Shown: positions 13,900 to 27,470 of the stretch, piece by piece
Numbering within the stretch: position 1 is the first letter of the stretch
Layout: every line of letters starts with the position of its first letter
NCBI GenBank assembly: GCA_951406725.2
Contig: OX597818.1
Span: 38,812,001 to 38,876,000, forward strand
Origin: Octopus vulgaris
Taxonomy: Eukaryota
DNA: 64,000 nucleotides
Direction: 5' to 3'
The notes under the pieces: model-generated
What the model was told of the DNA's origin: nothing
Database searches by the model: none
Seen by the model: the letters and a program-made list of their open reading frames with translations, nothing else
Translations under genes and position numbers: made by a program

Positions 13900-15300
13900 A
13901 AATATTACCAGTCCCTGGCTCATTGGTAACAGAAGCTATCAATTACTTCAAGTGAGTTAGCCATTTAAGAGAGTCTATTTCATTAAGAATACATTACTTA
14001 CTTGCCATCTGATAGTCTGCTTATGATTCCACTACATCTCTTGAGTATCTCTTGCCTGCATACATATGTACAGCATATGGAATTTATACCTACTCCTTAA
14101 CTGCATAACAAGCTAGCTTATTTCCCTGGCAGTATTGTCCTTCTCTTCTTTCCTGCATATTAACATCTTCCTTTCCTATCTTCTAACGCCTTCCCTATAT
14201 ATTAACATCTTGACTTAGTTTATCTCTTTATTTTAGGTTTTGCTTCCATGCCAGAAATTTCTACTCCAATTCTACGTGTCACCTTACTGGCACTTGTGCC
14301 CGTGCTAGTAGGTTGCCAGGAGCACCATCCCAGTGTGATCGTTGCCAGAACAGCTAACTGGCTTCCATGCCAGTGGCACGTAAAAGGGCACCATTCGAGC
14401 GTGATTGTTACCAAAGTTGTCTTACTGGCACCTGTGCTGGTGGCATGTGTAAAAGGATTCGAGCGAGGTCATTGCCAGTACCGCCTGACTGGCCCCCGTG
14501 CTTGTGGCATGTAAAAAGCATCCACTACACTCTCAGAGTGGTTGGCATTAGGAAGGGCATCCAGCTGTAGAAACTCTGCCAAATCAAGATTGGAGCCTGA
14601 TGCAACCATCTGGTTTGCCAGCCCTCAGTCAAAATCGTCCAACCCATGCTAGCATGGAAAGCGGACGTTAAACGATGATGATGATGATGATTCAGCTATA
14701 GGAATTAGATCATTAGTATATAGCAGTTCCTACAGACAACCAATCTAACTCCTCAGTAGGACTATGATGTATAGAAGAGGACTGAACCATAAGGGAACTC
14801 TACCTTTACATTAAATTCGTTGCTGAACTCATTAGATTACTTTATTTACTGTACCTTTATTCATAGTTTCTATAACCCTCATAAGCTATTCATCTATATC
14901 TACTTTCCTTAGTGATCATTAGATTACATTGCACAGCAACTTCCAAAAGGCCTTCCCCAAGTCAATGAATGCCTGGTATGTTGGTTCAATCTCAATTAAG
15001 TACTTATTTTGTAATCATCTCATAATGAAGAAGGCCTCTATGGTACAGAAGCAAACCGCATCTCAACTAGGATTACTTTGTTATAGAATAATCGTACTAT
15101 TACTCTCTGTGCTGTGTGAACATCATAGCCTGGTTCAACAATTTGCCTCTATAATTTTCTCTCTTTAAAACATTTCCTTTGCCTTTGTAGCAGTTACAAT
15201 GATATTGCTATGTAGGCCATTGGGTATGACATCTTTCTCTATTATTTCTCTGTTCAGGTGACTATCAAGTATTCTACCTCACCAGATATTATGAGTATCT
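13900..15300 (-). mobile_element. Highly degenerate RTE-clade LINE RT relic
   Basis: Residual motifs on the minus strand: DLGKAF, FNVKV..GS....YIIVL, ELLYTNDLIPIAES, LEVIDSFCY; interrupted by a family D SINE. Confidence 0.6.
14278..14690 (+). mobile_element. SINE family D
   Basis: Matches 6831-7116 with additional internal repeat units; (GAT)n tail. Confidence 0.85.
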
Positions 15301-15654
15301 CTCTTGTTTCTAAGCAAGTTAATATCTGCCCACGACTGGACATATTTTCATAGAAGATTGGAAACAAATGACACTGCTTCAATGATGGGGGGACACACAC
15401 ACACTCATTTACAACAATCATGCAACTTCAAGACAAGGAGGTGCAATCACACACACACACACACACACATATATCTGATGAGTTTCATTCAATTTCTGTA
15501 CCTCAAATCCACTTACAAGACTTTGATCAGTCAGGGGGTTATAATAGAAGGCACTTGCTCCAGGTGCCGTGCAGTAGGACTGAATCCCAGACAATGTGAT
15601 TGGGAAGTGAATTTCTTAACCATACAACCAAGTTTGTGCCCATGATACTCTCTT

Positions 15655-15851
15655 TCTCTCTTTTACTTGTTTCAGTCATTTGACTGTGGCCATGCTGGAG
15701 CACCGCCTTTTAGTCGAGCAAATTGCCCCCAGGACTTATTCTTTGTAAGCCTAGTACTTATTCTATTGGTCTCTTTTGCCGAACCGCTAAGTAACGGGGA
15801 CGTAAACATACCAGCAACGGTTGTCAAGCGATGTTGGGGGCACAAACACAG

Positions 15852-15921
<70 letters not shown>

Positions 15922-16072
15922 GACAGGCTTCTTTTCAGTTTCCGTCTACCAAATCCACTCACAAGGCTTTGGTCGGCCCGAGGCTATAGTACAAGACACT
16001 TTCCCAAGGTGCCATGCAGTGGGACTGAACCTGCAACCGTGTGGTTGGTAAGCAAGCTACTTACCACACAGC
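15655..16072 (-). mobile_element. SINE family A
   Basis: Reverse complement of the 7632-7998 family, with internal (TA)n. Confidence 0.88.
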
Positions 16073-16321
16073 CAAAAAAAAAAAAAATTCCGTGCAATCA
16101 GCAAACCATGAAGCAAATCTCCACCAGGAGGCTCCTCCCTCTTTTATTTTTGTTATGAATGATGGAGTACAAATGAACTGCAAGAAAAGCCTCTGTATGA
16201 GTAATCAGACGTAGTACCTAAAAGTGAAGACTGTGCTGGTAAGAGCATGTGATGTATAAGGAGAATGTCAGTTGTATAAAGATCTGCTGAGTATTTGAAG
16301 TAGATGGCACTAATGGATAAG

Positions 16322-16559
16322 AAGGCGGCGAGCTGGCAGAATCGTTAGCACGTCGGGTGAAATGCTTAGCGGTATTTCGGCTGCCGTTACATTGTGAGTT
16401 CAAATTCTGCCGAGGTCGACTTTGCCTTTCATCCTTTCGGGGTCGATAAATTAAGTACCAGTTACGCACTGGGGTCGATGTAATCGACTTAATACCTATG
16501 TCTGTCCTTGTTTGTCCCCTCTGTGTTTAGCCCCTTGTGGGTAATAAAGAAATAGGTAT
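16322..16559 (+). mobile_element. SINE family B, full length
   Basis: TSD taatggataag at 16311-16321 and 16560-16570. Confidence 0.92.
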
Positions 16560-17035
16560 TAATGGATAAGGTAGACCTAAGAAGATACTGGATGAAGTTA
16601 AATGTCATGAAAGAAAAAGAGCTCAAAGAATTATCAGTGGCCTCATATGATGTTGGAATAAAAAAAAAACCTACCCTCTGGTGTCAGCATGGTTAAGTGA
16701 TCGTTGAAATAGAGGTAGTAAGAAAGGTTATGCTATATAAAATATCTACATTTGATCTTTCACCCATTATATTCTACTTAAGTCTCCACCTGTGATTCAA
16801 TTTGTTATCTTCTCCTTTAACACTCACCTGCTCTCACATTCACCGTATCACAACACCTTGATAAAGAGGTATAGCATCAGATCCGTCCATATTTAGTCCC
16901 CTTGTCACCATCTTTCTTTTCTGCACCACTTCCTCTTTCTGATGTCACTTTTCATTGACTTATACCACTCACATTTAACAGCATCCATCTCTACTGTTAT
17001 CTATCACTCATGAATGGTAAGATGGAATAACAATA

Positions 17036-17370
17036 TCATCATCGTTTAGCGTCCGCTTTCCATGCTGGCATGGGTTGGACGGTGCAACTGGGGTCTGGGA
17101 AGTCAGAAGGCTGCACCAGGCCCAGTCTGATCTGGCAATGTTTCTACGGCTGGATGCCCTTCCTAACACCAACCACTCCACGAATATAGTGGGTACTTTT
17201 TACGTGCCAGACGAGGCTGGTAAACGGCCACGATCGGATGGTGCTTTTTTATGTGCCACCGGCATGGAAACCAGTCGGGGCGGCGCTGGCAACGGCCACG
17301 TTTGGATGATTCTCTAATGTGCCACCGGCACTGGTATCACAGCTACAATTTCCATTGATGTTGATCGATT
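17036..17370 (-). mobile_element. SINE family D variant
   Basis: catcatcgtttagcgtccgctttccatgctggcatgggttggac... is the reverse of the family D tail. Confidence 0.8.
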
Positions 17371-18031
17371 TTGATTTTGATTTTCATTGTTATTCCATCT
17401 TACCATTCATGCTGGTATTCTATGCTGTTCAAGCAACAGACAAGTAGTCATCAATATCTGCCCACCATTATTCTTTCCCCTACCATCTCATTCTTATCAC
17501 TATTTCCCCCATCACACTCATACACTCTCTTCATTCACTTTTCTTCTATTTACTCCCTGGGTCAGGCTTACCTTGAATGAATGAATATAACACAGATAGA
17601 ACACTTTCGTCTTACAGAAGATGAAGTGATCTCTCTAGTGTTGATGGTACAATAAAATGCACTCAAAATATTTTAAGTGGTTATCGATCTATTGGAGACA
17701 TGAAAGTGCAGAGATGATTCTTTAGTCTGGTTAGAGTCAAAATCTCTCTAGTGCTGGTGCTATGATAAAATAGTACACCTAGTTATGTGGTTTGTGTTGA
17801 GAAGGACATCCAATTGTAGAAACCATATGAAAAATAAACCATATGAGCAACAGGTGGGCCTTTAAATCATCTAGGAGAGCAGTAACTCCAAATAAGTGAC
17901 ACAAACTGGTGATGACTCATCCAACCCATGCCGAAATGAAACACACAAGCTAGGTGAACAGTATATGCGATTTCAACCACAGGCACTTCCATCCAACCCA
18001 TGCCAGCATGATGGAAAGTAGTTCTTAAACA

Positions 18032-18312
18032 AGGCGCAATGGCCCAGTGGTTAGGGTAGCGGACTCGCGGTCGTAGGATCGCGGCTTCGATTCCCAGACC
18101 GGGCATTGTGAGTGTTTATTGAGTGAAAACACCTAAAGCTCCACGAGGCTCCGGCAGGGGGTGGTGGCGTTCCCTGCTGTACTCTTTCACTCTTTCTTCT
18201 GTTGGCCTGCTCGCTTAGCCAGCGGGGTGGCATCATTTGAAGGCTAAAACAATGCGAAGCACATTGTGACCAGCGATGTGTAGCAACATCTGATAGCCTG
18301 ATTGGTCATGTG
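18032..18312 (+). mobile_element. SINE family C head with a different 3' body
   Basis: ggcgcaatggcccagtggttaggg..gcggactcgcggtc...ttcgattccc head as in 29346; diverges after ...gctgtactctttcac. Confidence 0.8.
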
Positions 18313-19980
18313 ATATATATATATATATATATATATCATCATCATCGTCATCATTTAACACCCATTTTCCAAGCTGACATCGGCTGGACAGTGCTTGACA
18401 AGAGCTGGCAAGCCAGATGACTACACCAAGCTCTACTGCTCTGCTGTCATGGTTTCTGTGGTTGGATGTCCTTCCTAACAATTTACAAAATGTATTAGGT
18501 GCTTTGTATGTGGCATTAGCAAAGTCACCAAGTAGCTGAAATTCACACACCTGTAATGTAGAAAGAGGAAGCTTTTAATCAACCTAATACTAAAAATACA
18601 CAAAGCAATGCATCTATTGGCAAATAAAAACTAAACCCCAGGTAAAATAGTAGCGGTCTGCATCGGTAAAATATCGTTTAATAAAGCCTGGAATCCACAT
18701 ATGCGATCTTACCCAATTTACTAACTTCACTAACGATTGTGACTGAATCAACAGGCGCCTTAATTTGACAGTCAAACTTTATCAAAGTTGAATCTAAATT
18801 TGATTTTTATTGAACTACTTCCAAATTGGTACATAGTTGTTATCTATTTTGAATATTGTCTTGGAACTAAGTATTTTAGTTAATAAAACAATTGGCACTT
18901 TCTACAACACGGGTACTTGTAACTTACTTTTATTATTGAATACTTCCGTCCTTAGTATTTTCTTTCATCGTCCTGCAAGAATAAGTCCTCACATTTCCCT
19001 TAAATCACAACTTACCGTCTTAGAAAGATGATATCTAACGCTATATTGAATAACTTAGGATTAGATACATAACGTTTGCAGAAGGTGCAAAAAAAAAAAC
19101 AAAAAAAAACCACCGAGATGGTCATAGCTGTAGCGGTTTGTATTGTCAGTCGACTCAGAGTTGATCTGGAGGGAAACAACTCCCCACTTTATCACAGACA
19201 TGGATGGATTTTCCTTTTTTTCTTCAGAAATGCTGCATTGATATTTCCTTTATAGGCATCATCCAATTATTATGTAAACTTTAAAAAAAAGTTTTAATTC
19301 AATTTATTGGTTAATACTTCCGTTATTTACGAAGAGATGATCTAACCCCAGAGTACTTACCCATATTCTTTCTAAGAGTAGCAATTAAGAAATATCTGAT
19401 TATATTTTGTCTATTTTTTAAATGTGCTAATAGTGAAGTATGATTTTTTAAAAAAATTCCCTACATTATTGATTATACTCTCAATACTTTAGCTGTTAAA
19501 TAATCATTGTTTTTAGCAATTACGTAGAACGCATTCAGTTTCACTATCGGTTTAATTTAAAAGGCAAAGCCTGACACGAAGTAATTCAAGCACCAAATTG
19601 CTAATCGACACTGCTTAGCAAAACATCATCGCAGATAGCGCACTTAAATTAATTATTTGACAATATCCATAGACTTAGTCCCATACATTGTAAATCCGTG
19701 CATGTAGTATTAACAATGTTAGGTGCACTTCGTCATTTCGACACTACGAACAAGGAAGTAAACGTACAAAAAAAAAAGTTTACAAATCTTCACATTGTAA
19801 CTTATTTATTGATAGTAATGCTTATTCAACGTCTTATATAGCTAGCAGATGAAGAATAACTAAATTTACTTAATTCATTTAAGCTAAACACTATAAACTA
19901 TAAACTAGATCGAAACATAAAATACAGCAGTTGTCAGGAAGCAAAAATAAATGTGAAAAATTAAGTATTTTAAAGTTTAC

Positions 19981-20107
19981 CAATATTTTTAGCTGTCAAC
20001 TGATCGGGACAGATGAGAGCAATATCTTCGACAAGCTGTTTTCGATCATCTTTTTCCTTCCATAAATCATTTAGACACCGTTCGATGCGTTTTATTTCAC
20101 GCGCCAT
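19981..20107 (-). CDS. PRKDC: Coding exon 1 of DNA-dependent protein kinase catalytic subunit (DNA-PKcs)-like gene
   Basis: ATG at 20107-20105 opens MAREIKRIERCLNDLWKEKDDRKQLVEDIALICPDQLTAKNI+G (127 nt), then a GTAAAC donor in phase 1. Unique non-repeat DNA. Spliced to 1021-1091 it aligns without gaps to the remembered human DNA-PKcs N-terminus (HQLIRGLGQEC...LVFSRDFGLLVFVRK). Confidence 0.72.
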
Positions 20108-20260
20108 TTAGTTGAAAACAATTTTTTCAGCTAGACTGCGATTCTGTCAAGGGAGATCACTTTATTTGAATCCTGCTGGCAAAAGCCGGTTGGTTGCTTA
20201 TGTTTATAAGCATTTTTCGGTTAGCGGTTCACAAAAACGTAACTGAAAATAAAATATAAA
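20108..20260 (-). promoter_or_regulatory. Probable 5'UTR/promoter of the PRKDC-like gene
   Basis: Unique, relatively CpG-retaining sequence directly upstream of the exon-1 ATG. Positional inference only. Confidence 0.35.
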
Positions 20261-20499
20261 ATGCTTTTCTTTCTTTTTTCATCTCTACGCTCCGTTTTAT
20301 GTTTTGTATACTTGCATAGTTACATCCCACATTCTTTTAGTCTATAACACAGTAATGTCACTTTAGTAAGTCTGGTAGTAATGAAAAATATCTTATTTTG
20401 TATGGACAGAAATAAGAATGAATAATTTATTATTCATATGGTAAGCTAGGAAAGTTTAAGAAAAGATCCGAAAGTCTTACATTCTCTCCATTTCCTGAT

Positions 20500-21810
20500 G
20501 GTCCCAGCAAACCAAATGGAAAAGCGGAGGCTGATGCGCTAGAACATTCACTCTGACGTACGGGGTTCGCACTTGCGGACAGCCATCTCCGCCTCGATAA
20601 CGGTGAGCAGGAATATGGTCTGGGGTCTGAGAACGCCGGTAGATTCCATTACCACAGGCTCGACCATAAACCTGTCAGAAAGATTTGACTGATTCTTTGA
20701 CAGTTTGTTTTATTCAACCTGACGAGCAGCGGAGCCTGGGCTAGCAGAATACATCAAGTTGCCGAAGGAAAAGATGTCACTACATGTAACACACCAGATG
20801 AAGGACTTACCGCCACGAAACGGGAAAACTGTCATACCGTCAGGCCTTTTACCATCACCTCGGTCTAACCCCGCTGGCTCGAGCTGGGAAGGGAAGCCAG
20901 CGGCGTCTAGGCCACGCTTTATGATTTTGTTAAGGGTGACATGGCGTGGAAAGTGGCCAGCACTGTAATAGCATGACAATAGGTGCAGGCTGAAGGAATC
21001 CACAGTGGAGCCGCAGCAGCATTCGTGAGGTATACAGATCTAGAGGCCAAACCTCAGGGAAACACCAATGCGCAGCCAGTCGATTAATCAAGCTGAGTGC
21101 CGGTCGCGATTGCTGACACTATATTGAGTCAGGCTCTGCTGTGAGGCATGGAAGCTGAGTGGAAACATGCCGGACGGTGCTAGTCAAGTCGGCGTTCTAT
21201 CTCGTCCAAGATAATGCTACACTGGACGTCCACTGAGGGGAGGGGTATGGATATCAGCAGGGCGCAAGCCGAACTGGCTTCATGTTGCGTAGACCACCTC
21301 GCGCTCCCCAGTAGGTTCAGTTGTGTTATGGAGAACTCTGTTGATGAGGACACGGCAAGAGGTCACCGACGAGAGAAAAGCCGACAGAGCTAGTGAAACC
21401 GGAGATCGAAGGCCGGGGCCACCATATTTAACGGGTGAGGTGGTCCGTTGTCATCCAGTGTCGTCGAGCCGAACATTGCATATATCTTTGGTGACCCGTT
21501 GGATAAAGGCGTCGAGATCTGTGAGGAGAGATACGTGGCTGTACCAAGGGGGACTGCGGAAGGTATACGATAACTTCGGCATGGCGAAGCAGTTCCTTAA
21601 CAGGAACAGCATTGAGTGGACGTCAATCACATTCAGTTTATTCGTCAATCTTTCAAGCTAGCAAAGCTTAGCCCTGAGCTGGGAGTGAATGGTAGACGGG
21701 AGAATCGTTGAACAGAAGATAAGGATGTCATCTTTCGAGGTAACCTGTAACTGGCGAAGTAGTAAACGTATATCTGAGATGGAGACCGCGAAGCCTTCAT
21801 GACCACCAAC
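20500..21810 (-). mobile_element. Degenerate CRE-clade non-LTR retrotransposon (thumb, Zn knuckle, restriction-like endonuclease)
   Basis: LLRNCFAMPKLSYTFRS; HLLSC...RHVTLN...LEPAGLDRGDGKRPDGMTVFPFRGGKSFIWCVTCSD (PD..D RLE motif). Confidence 0.8.
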
Positions 21811-22518
21811 TTCGTTCTATTATTCTTTCCCTTCTTTTAGTCATTGAAGTCTTGCCATGCTGGAGCACCGCCTTGAAAGAGTTCAGTTAAACAATCACCC
21901 CTAATACTATTTGTTTTTTTTTTAAATTTTGGCACTAACTCTATCGCTTTTTGGCTGAACTACCAAGTTACGGGGACGTAAAGAAACCAACATCCGTTGT
22001 GAAGCTGTGTGTGCGTTCGAACAGGGGTAGGAAGACAAACACAAGGACATGTATGTACGTATGTGTGTGTGTGTGTGTGTACAGATACTGACACAAAAAT
22101 CTCAGTATATGTGTATATCATTATTATCGCCACCATCACTTTAACGTTGACTATTCCATGCTTGCATGGGTCGGAGAAGTTTATAGAAACAAATTTTTTT
22201 ACAACCAGATTCCTTTCCTGTCGCCAGCTCTCAACTGTTTCCAAGCAAGGTAATATTTTTCCTTGCCCATGTGTTCTTGCAGGACATCGGAAATAAATGA
22301 CACTTGCTGTATAACAGTTGTAATCGTTTTAAAACAATCACGTGATGTCAAGAGACGGAGACATAAGTATACCTGTTTTCTCTCATACATGTGCATGTGT
22401 GCATGTGTGTGTGTGTGTGCGTGTACGGACAATTGCCCAAGATGCCACATATGGGTCTGAACCCAGAACCATGTAGTTGAGAAACAATTTTCTTATCACA
22501 GTAACACCTACGTCTAAA

Positions 22519-22631
<113 letters not shown>

Positions 22632-22789
22632 ATCTATATATATGTGATGAGTGTATGTGCTTGTGCGCATGCGTGTGTGCCCATATATGTATATATACTT
22701 ATTACACACATACACACACACACACAACACTCCACCCAAAATTAAAATATTTAAAAAATATCAAAAAAAGTCAGCCCAGATTATGGCTG

Positions 22790-23222
22790 GTAGATACTGA
22801 AAGTAGTGGTCCTCACCTTCCGCCACAGCGTCAAGATCCCCCCGGAACTTGGCGAACGCATTATTCCTCACTGTGTCGCCGGGAAGATATTCGAACATCT
22901 TGATCCTGGCCACAGTTCAACCTTGATGTTGCAGGCAGAGCGGTTGGTATCTGTCTCAATCGCGTCCCACACATAGTAAATTATTGGATTACAGTCTGGG
23001 AATTAGGGGGCCAAAAAAAAATTGGTGCCGGTGAAGTCGTTGAAATTCTTTGACATCCACTTCTGACTCTTTCTGTAAAAAGACGAATCCTGCTGCCACA
23101 CATACAGCCTTCCAGCAGCAAGCCTCCTCAGCCAGGGTTTGACCACAGTCTCCAACAGCTTCACACAACCGTTTGAATTGAGCCTAAGACCCTGTTCAAG
23201 GACGTGGGGCGGCATGACGGTG
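22790..23222 (-). mobile_element. Tc1/mariner (DD37D/maT-like) transposase fragment
   Basis: VKPWL...YVWQQDS...SQKWM...PNSPDCNP...YYVWDAIE. Confidence 0.75.
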
Positions 23223-23339
23223 ATCTCAATAGAGACTGTAGTGTCACTCCTTATTCTTTTTTCAACTATTATAAACTATATAAATCCGGGAAATGGTACT
23301 GAATACCGAAAATCCAGACTAAAATGTTAATGAAGAAAT

Positions 23340-25670
23340 CTTAAAAGAATTACAAAACATAAAATGGGAAGCTCACAACTCCACCAGAAAAACTCGAGAA
23401 GACAACGAAAGAACCACCAGCAACGAGTTCTCCTCCAACATGCAACAACTGTGTAACACCATGGAAAAATGAATCAACAGTAAATCAGAACAAGATACAC
23501 GAAGCCTTAATAGAAGTGTAATCGGGCACGCCTGGGAAAATCTTTTACGAATAAAAGAGTTTACATTTTGGAACATGATGAAAAACTTAAACAAAGCTGG
23601 AATCTATGAGAAATGGCTAAAGTCTACCCCAATAATCTTATCTCGAAAATATCAAATGAAACCTATAACTAATGAGCCACAACAATAAAGAAAACTACGG
23701 GAACAAATATCTCTCAAAAGAATAAATATCGAAATTGAACTCTTAAAGGTAAGGGTCACAATAAATGAACAAAAATCAAAGATATTGATCAATAAATAGA
23801 AGAAGAATATACCAAAAAATCTGAGGGAACCAACTTGCAACACCTAAAACCTTGGAAACTAGACTATGAACATGCAGAACTTATATTTCTCCAACGATGG
23901 GAAAAATGCGAGATGTGGTTCCTTAAATACGAAGAGGAATTTAAAAAAATACTCACCACAGACAACTCCTTCATGAAAAAACAGAACAAAACACGAAACT
24001 CTAGAGAAACAATCAGACCATCAAACACAACACACCTAACCCACGAACACAATTCCCCCCAGCCCAAACCAAATACACCCAACTACAACCGAAGAAAAAC
24101 CACACACACAACCACAGCACAAATATTCCCCTAATTTTCTCTCACAAATCCAAATCCAGAAATAACATAAACGAACCTTATAGCACAAACACTCTAAACT
24201 TTGGAGGAGGTACATCCGGATCCCTGAGGGTTAAATCAGGCCCCCTGATAAAATATAATCACAACAAGTACCCTCACAGGAACCACAATCACTACAGCAT
24301 AAACACAAAGGCTTTTGGAAGAGACCCACCTAAACTACCAAGACCTCCCAAAACCCCAACAGGACTGCAACGTAATAGCAACTACAGCAGACCCCCTCCT
24401 CAACACATTCACCATCAAAAACGACCCTACAGATCCACTCAAAACAAACCAATAACAAATATCAACCACAATCCTTTTTTTAGCACAAAGACAGAAATAC
24501 CAGGACACACATTGTCCCCCCACCACGAGATTACAAAGGTAATTAACCTTTCATTACAATTACAAAGGTAATTAACCTTTCAAAAAACCCAACTGACACC
24601 CAAATAGAAATTCTAAGGGACTGAGGTTTACACTCACACCACAAAGACCAAACTTCCCTGAACGGAAAAATGAAAACTCAGATTGGCCGAATGGGGATGG
24701 AAGCACTCCGTCGGTTACGACGATGAGGGTTCCGGTTGATCCGAATCAACGGAACAGCCTGCTCGTGAAATTAACGGGTAAGTGGCTGAGCACTCCACAG
24801 ACACGTGCACCCTTAACGTAGTTCTCGGGGATATTCAGCGTGACACAGAGAGTGACAAGGCCGGCCCCTTGAAATACAGGAACAGGAAGTAAGAGTGAGA
24901 GAAAGTTGTGGTGAAAGAGTACAGCAGGGATCACCACCATCCCCTGCCGGAGCCTCGTGGAGCTTTAGGTGTTTTCGCTCAATAAACACTCACAACGCCC
25001 GGTCTGGGAATCGAAACCGCGATCCTATGACCGCGAGTCCGCTGCCCTAACCACTGGGCCATTGCGCCTCCACGTGATTGGCCGAATACTTCACCAACAA
25101 CTCTAAAGATGAGGACGACTCACTAAGCCAGAAACACAAGCAACTTTTGCCCAAATATAGGGTTAAATAGAGCACTGGACTCCTACTGAGAATACATTAT
25201 GAACTTTTCCTTTGATAAACTTGAACATAGAAACATTAAATCAAACTTTACAAAGCATGAATGGAAGAACCTCCTGGACTTACAAGAAAATAAGGATACA
25301 ACTATCAAAGAAGCCGATAAAGGGAGTAATGCTGTCATCATGGACGCAAATTACTATAAAGACCTAGCACTCACAGTGCTAGAGGACAACAACTACTACA
25401 GAAAAGCAACCCACTATAAAACCCCCCCAAAATAATGGAAAACCTCACAACTCTTTTAAAGAAGTATGACAAAGGCTTAACCAGCAAAGAAATTGACTAT
25501 ATATGCCGCTTCAAATGCAAAACGAGCAACTTTTATGGTTTACCTAAACTCCATAAATACAAAATGATGCCTGTGAATCCTCAGCAAACAAATATATACA
25601 GCTAACAACTTCAGATGATCTAAAATCGAGACCAATCAATCATAGCAGGTTCGGCATGTGAAACACACGA
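23340..25670 (+). mobile_element. Degenerate Penelope-like element, N-terminal region and start of RT
   Basis: KVINLSK, NFTKHEWKNLLDL..NKDTTIKEADKGSNAVIMD, FYGLPKLHK, LKSRPI; truncated by (CA)n. Confidence 0.8.
24693..25075 (-). mobile_element. SINE family C (tRNA-Arg-like head), full length
   Basis: TSD gattggccgaat at 24681-24692 and 25076-25087; near-identical to 30031-30417. Confidence 0.92.
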
Positions 25671-25969
25671 ACACCTCTGCACACACACATACACACACAA
25701 ACACCTCTGCACACACACATACACACACACAAACACACACATACACGCAAAAGAAAATATCGCAAAACATATATACACACACGTCTGCACACACACACAC
25801 ATACACAAATACATACACATTGGTGGAGGGGCTCAAAAGAATACATCTAACCCAAAGAAACATCCTAATTCTTTCTTCAACAAGACATTCATCACAACAT
25901 TCACGCACCCATCAATTCACAGCTAGTGTCATTCCAAACATATTGAAAGGGCATTCAACACAATACATG

Positions 25970-26080
<111 letters not shown>

Positions 26081-26635
26081 GTGGACATAAAAGCCATTCA
26101 ATAAATGCTTTTAAGCCACTTCCTTGGCAGGAACCCACAAAAATTTCTTTTAGACAATAGACAACTACACCCCCTCTCTTACTCTCTAACACTTGAACTC
26201 TGTAACAAACTATACTTAATGAAGACTTCAACGAAACACCCCAGACATGTTTTTGACCCCCAGAGAGGAGAGAAAATTTTTACTGATATTTGATAAGATA
26301 AGATTCAGAGTTGTCTTCTGAAGAGCGTAGTACAAGCTAAAGTTAAAAAAACCACAAAGATTATTAGATGCTAATTGTATACTTAACAGAAACTGATATT
26401 TTGTAAAATCCTTCACACGTGTTTTGTCAAATATTGTAACACCGGTCTTTCCTCTTTCATAAAGCTGTCACTAAGCACCACAGTTATATGATCATAGGTG
26501 ATAACCTTTGTCAGTTGGGCGGGAACATTTAGTGCAAAAATAACTGCGCATTTGTTATTTCACTCTGGGTCAGCCATAACTCGGGAAACTTATAATCAAA
26601 GCATTCCATCCAACTTTTTCATTACAGGCAATATG

Positions 26636-27470
26636 GGATCTTTTCGGTTTGAACGGCAGTTTGTAACATAATTTCTAGGTAACTAAAAAATTTAAAACTT
26701 CGTATACTGGTAGAATGTGTTTATAAAACATCATTTTCTCTTGGCTTTATTGAGAAAATTCTATAGTTTGTAACATATTTCGTCTAAAATTTCTTGCATT
26801 TCAGCAAGTTTAACCAATCGCTGACCGTCCATTGAGGTGAAAGCATTCTGTGCGTAATCATTATGTCCCTCGTTTAAGACACAGATTGGGTTTGTTTCCA
26901 TTTGTGAAGAAAAAAAGATACCCTTCCCCCACCCCTAACCCTAATCCTAACCCTAACTAACCCTAAATCTAAAATAGATTGAAATGCAATAGATCGATAC
27001 TAGGATCATAATTATGGGTGACTTTTTCATTTGACAACGCTAGGAAAAAATCCCATTTTCCGTAGCGGTGTCGTATGAAATTGTCACCCATAATTATAAC
27101 CCTAGTATCGATCTATTGCATTTCAATCTATTTTAGATTTAGGGTTAGAGTTAGGGTTAGGGTTAGGGATAGGGGTAGGGGAAGGGTATCTTTTTTTCTT
27201 TACAAATGTAAATAAACCCAATCTGTGTCTTAAACGAGGGACATATTGATGACGCACAGAATGCTTTCACCTCAATGGACGGTCAGCGATTGGTTAAAAT
27301 TGCCGAAATGCAAGAAATTTTAGACGAAATATGTTACAAACTATAGAATTTTCTCAATAAAGCCAAGAGAAAATGATGTTTTATAAACACATTCTACCAG
27401 TATACGAGTTTAACATTTTTTAGTTACCTAGAAATTATGTTACAAACTGCCGTTCAAACCGAAAAGATCC
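26636..27470. mobile_element. 835-bp foldback (palindromic) DNA element with telomeric repeats
   Basis: GGATC...GATCC ends, ~410-bp arms, 8-bp TSD gcaatatg (26628-35, 27471-78), (CCCTAA)n at ~26933-26965 and (TTAGGG)n at ~27139-27170. Confidence 0.92.

Noticed and set aside
18713-19380. Extra minus-strand exons suggested by GTAAG donors near 18712, 18927, 19015 and 19360
   Set aside because: 18928-18972 has stops in all frames; the others lack good acceptors or DNA-PKcs similarity, and exon 1 to exon 2 already aligns without a gap.
20436-20446. ATG|GTAAGC as first exon of a divergent gene
   Set aside because: No downstream exon recognised, and the site abuts a CRE relic.
26933-27180. Telomere-telomere fusion scar or true chromosome end
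   Set aside because: Orientation is CCCTAA then TTAGGG, and the tracts lie inside TIRs with a TSD.
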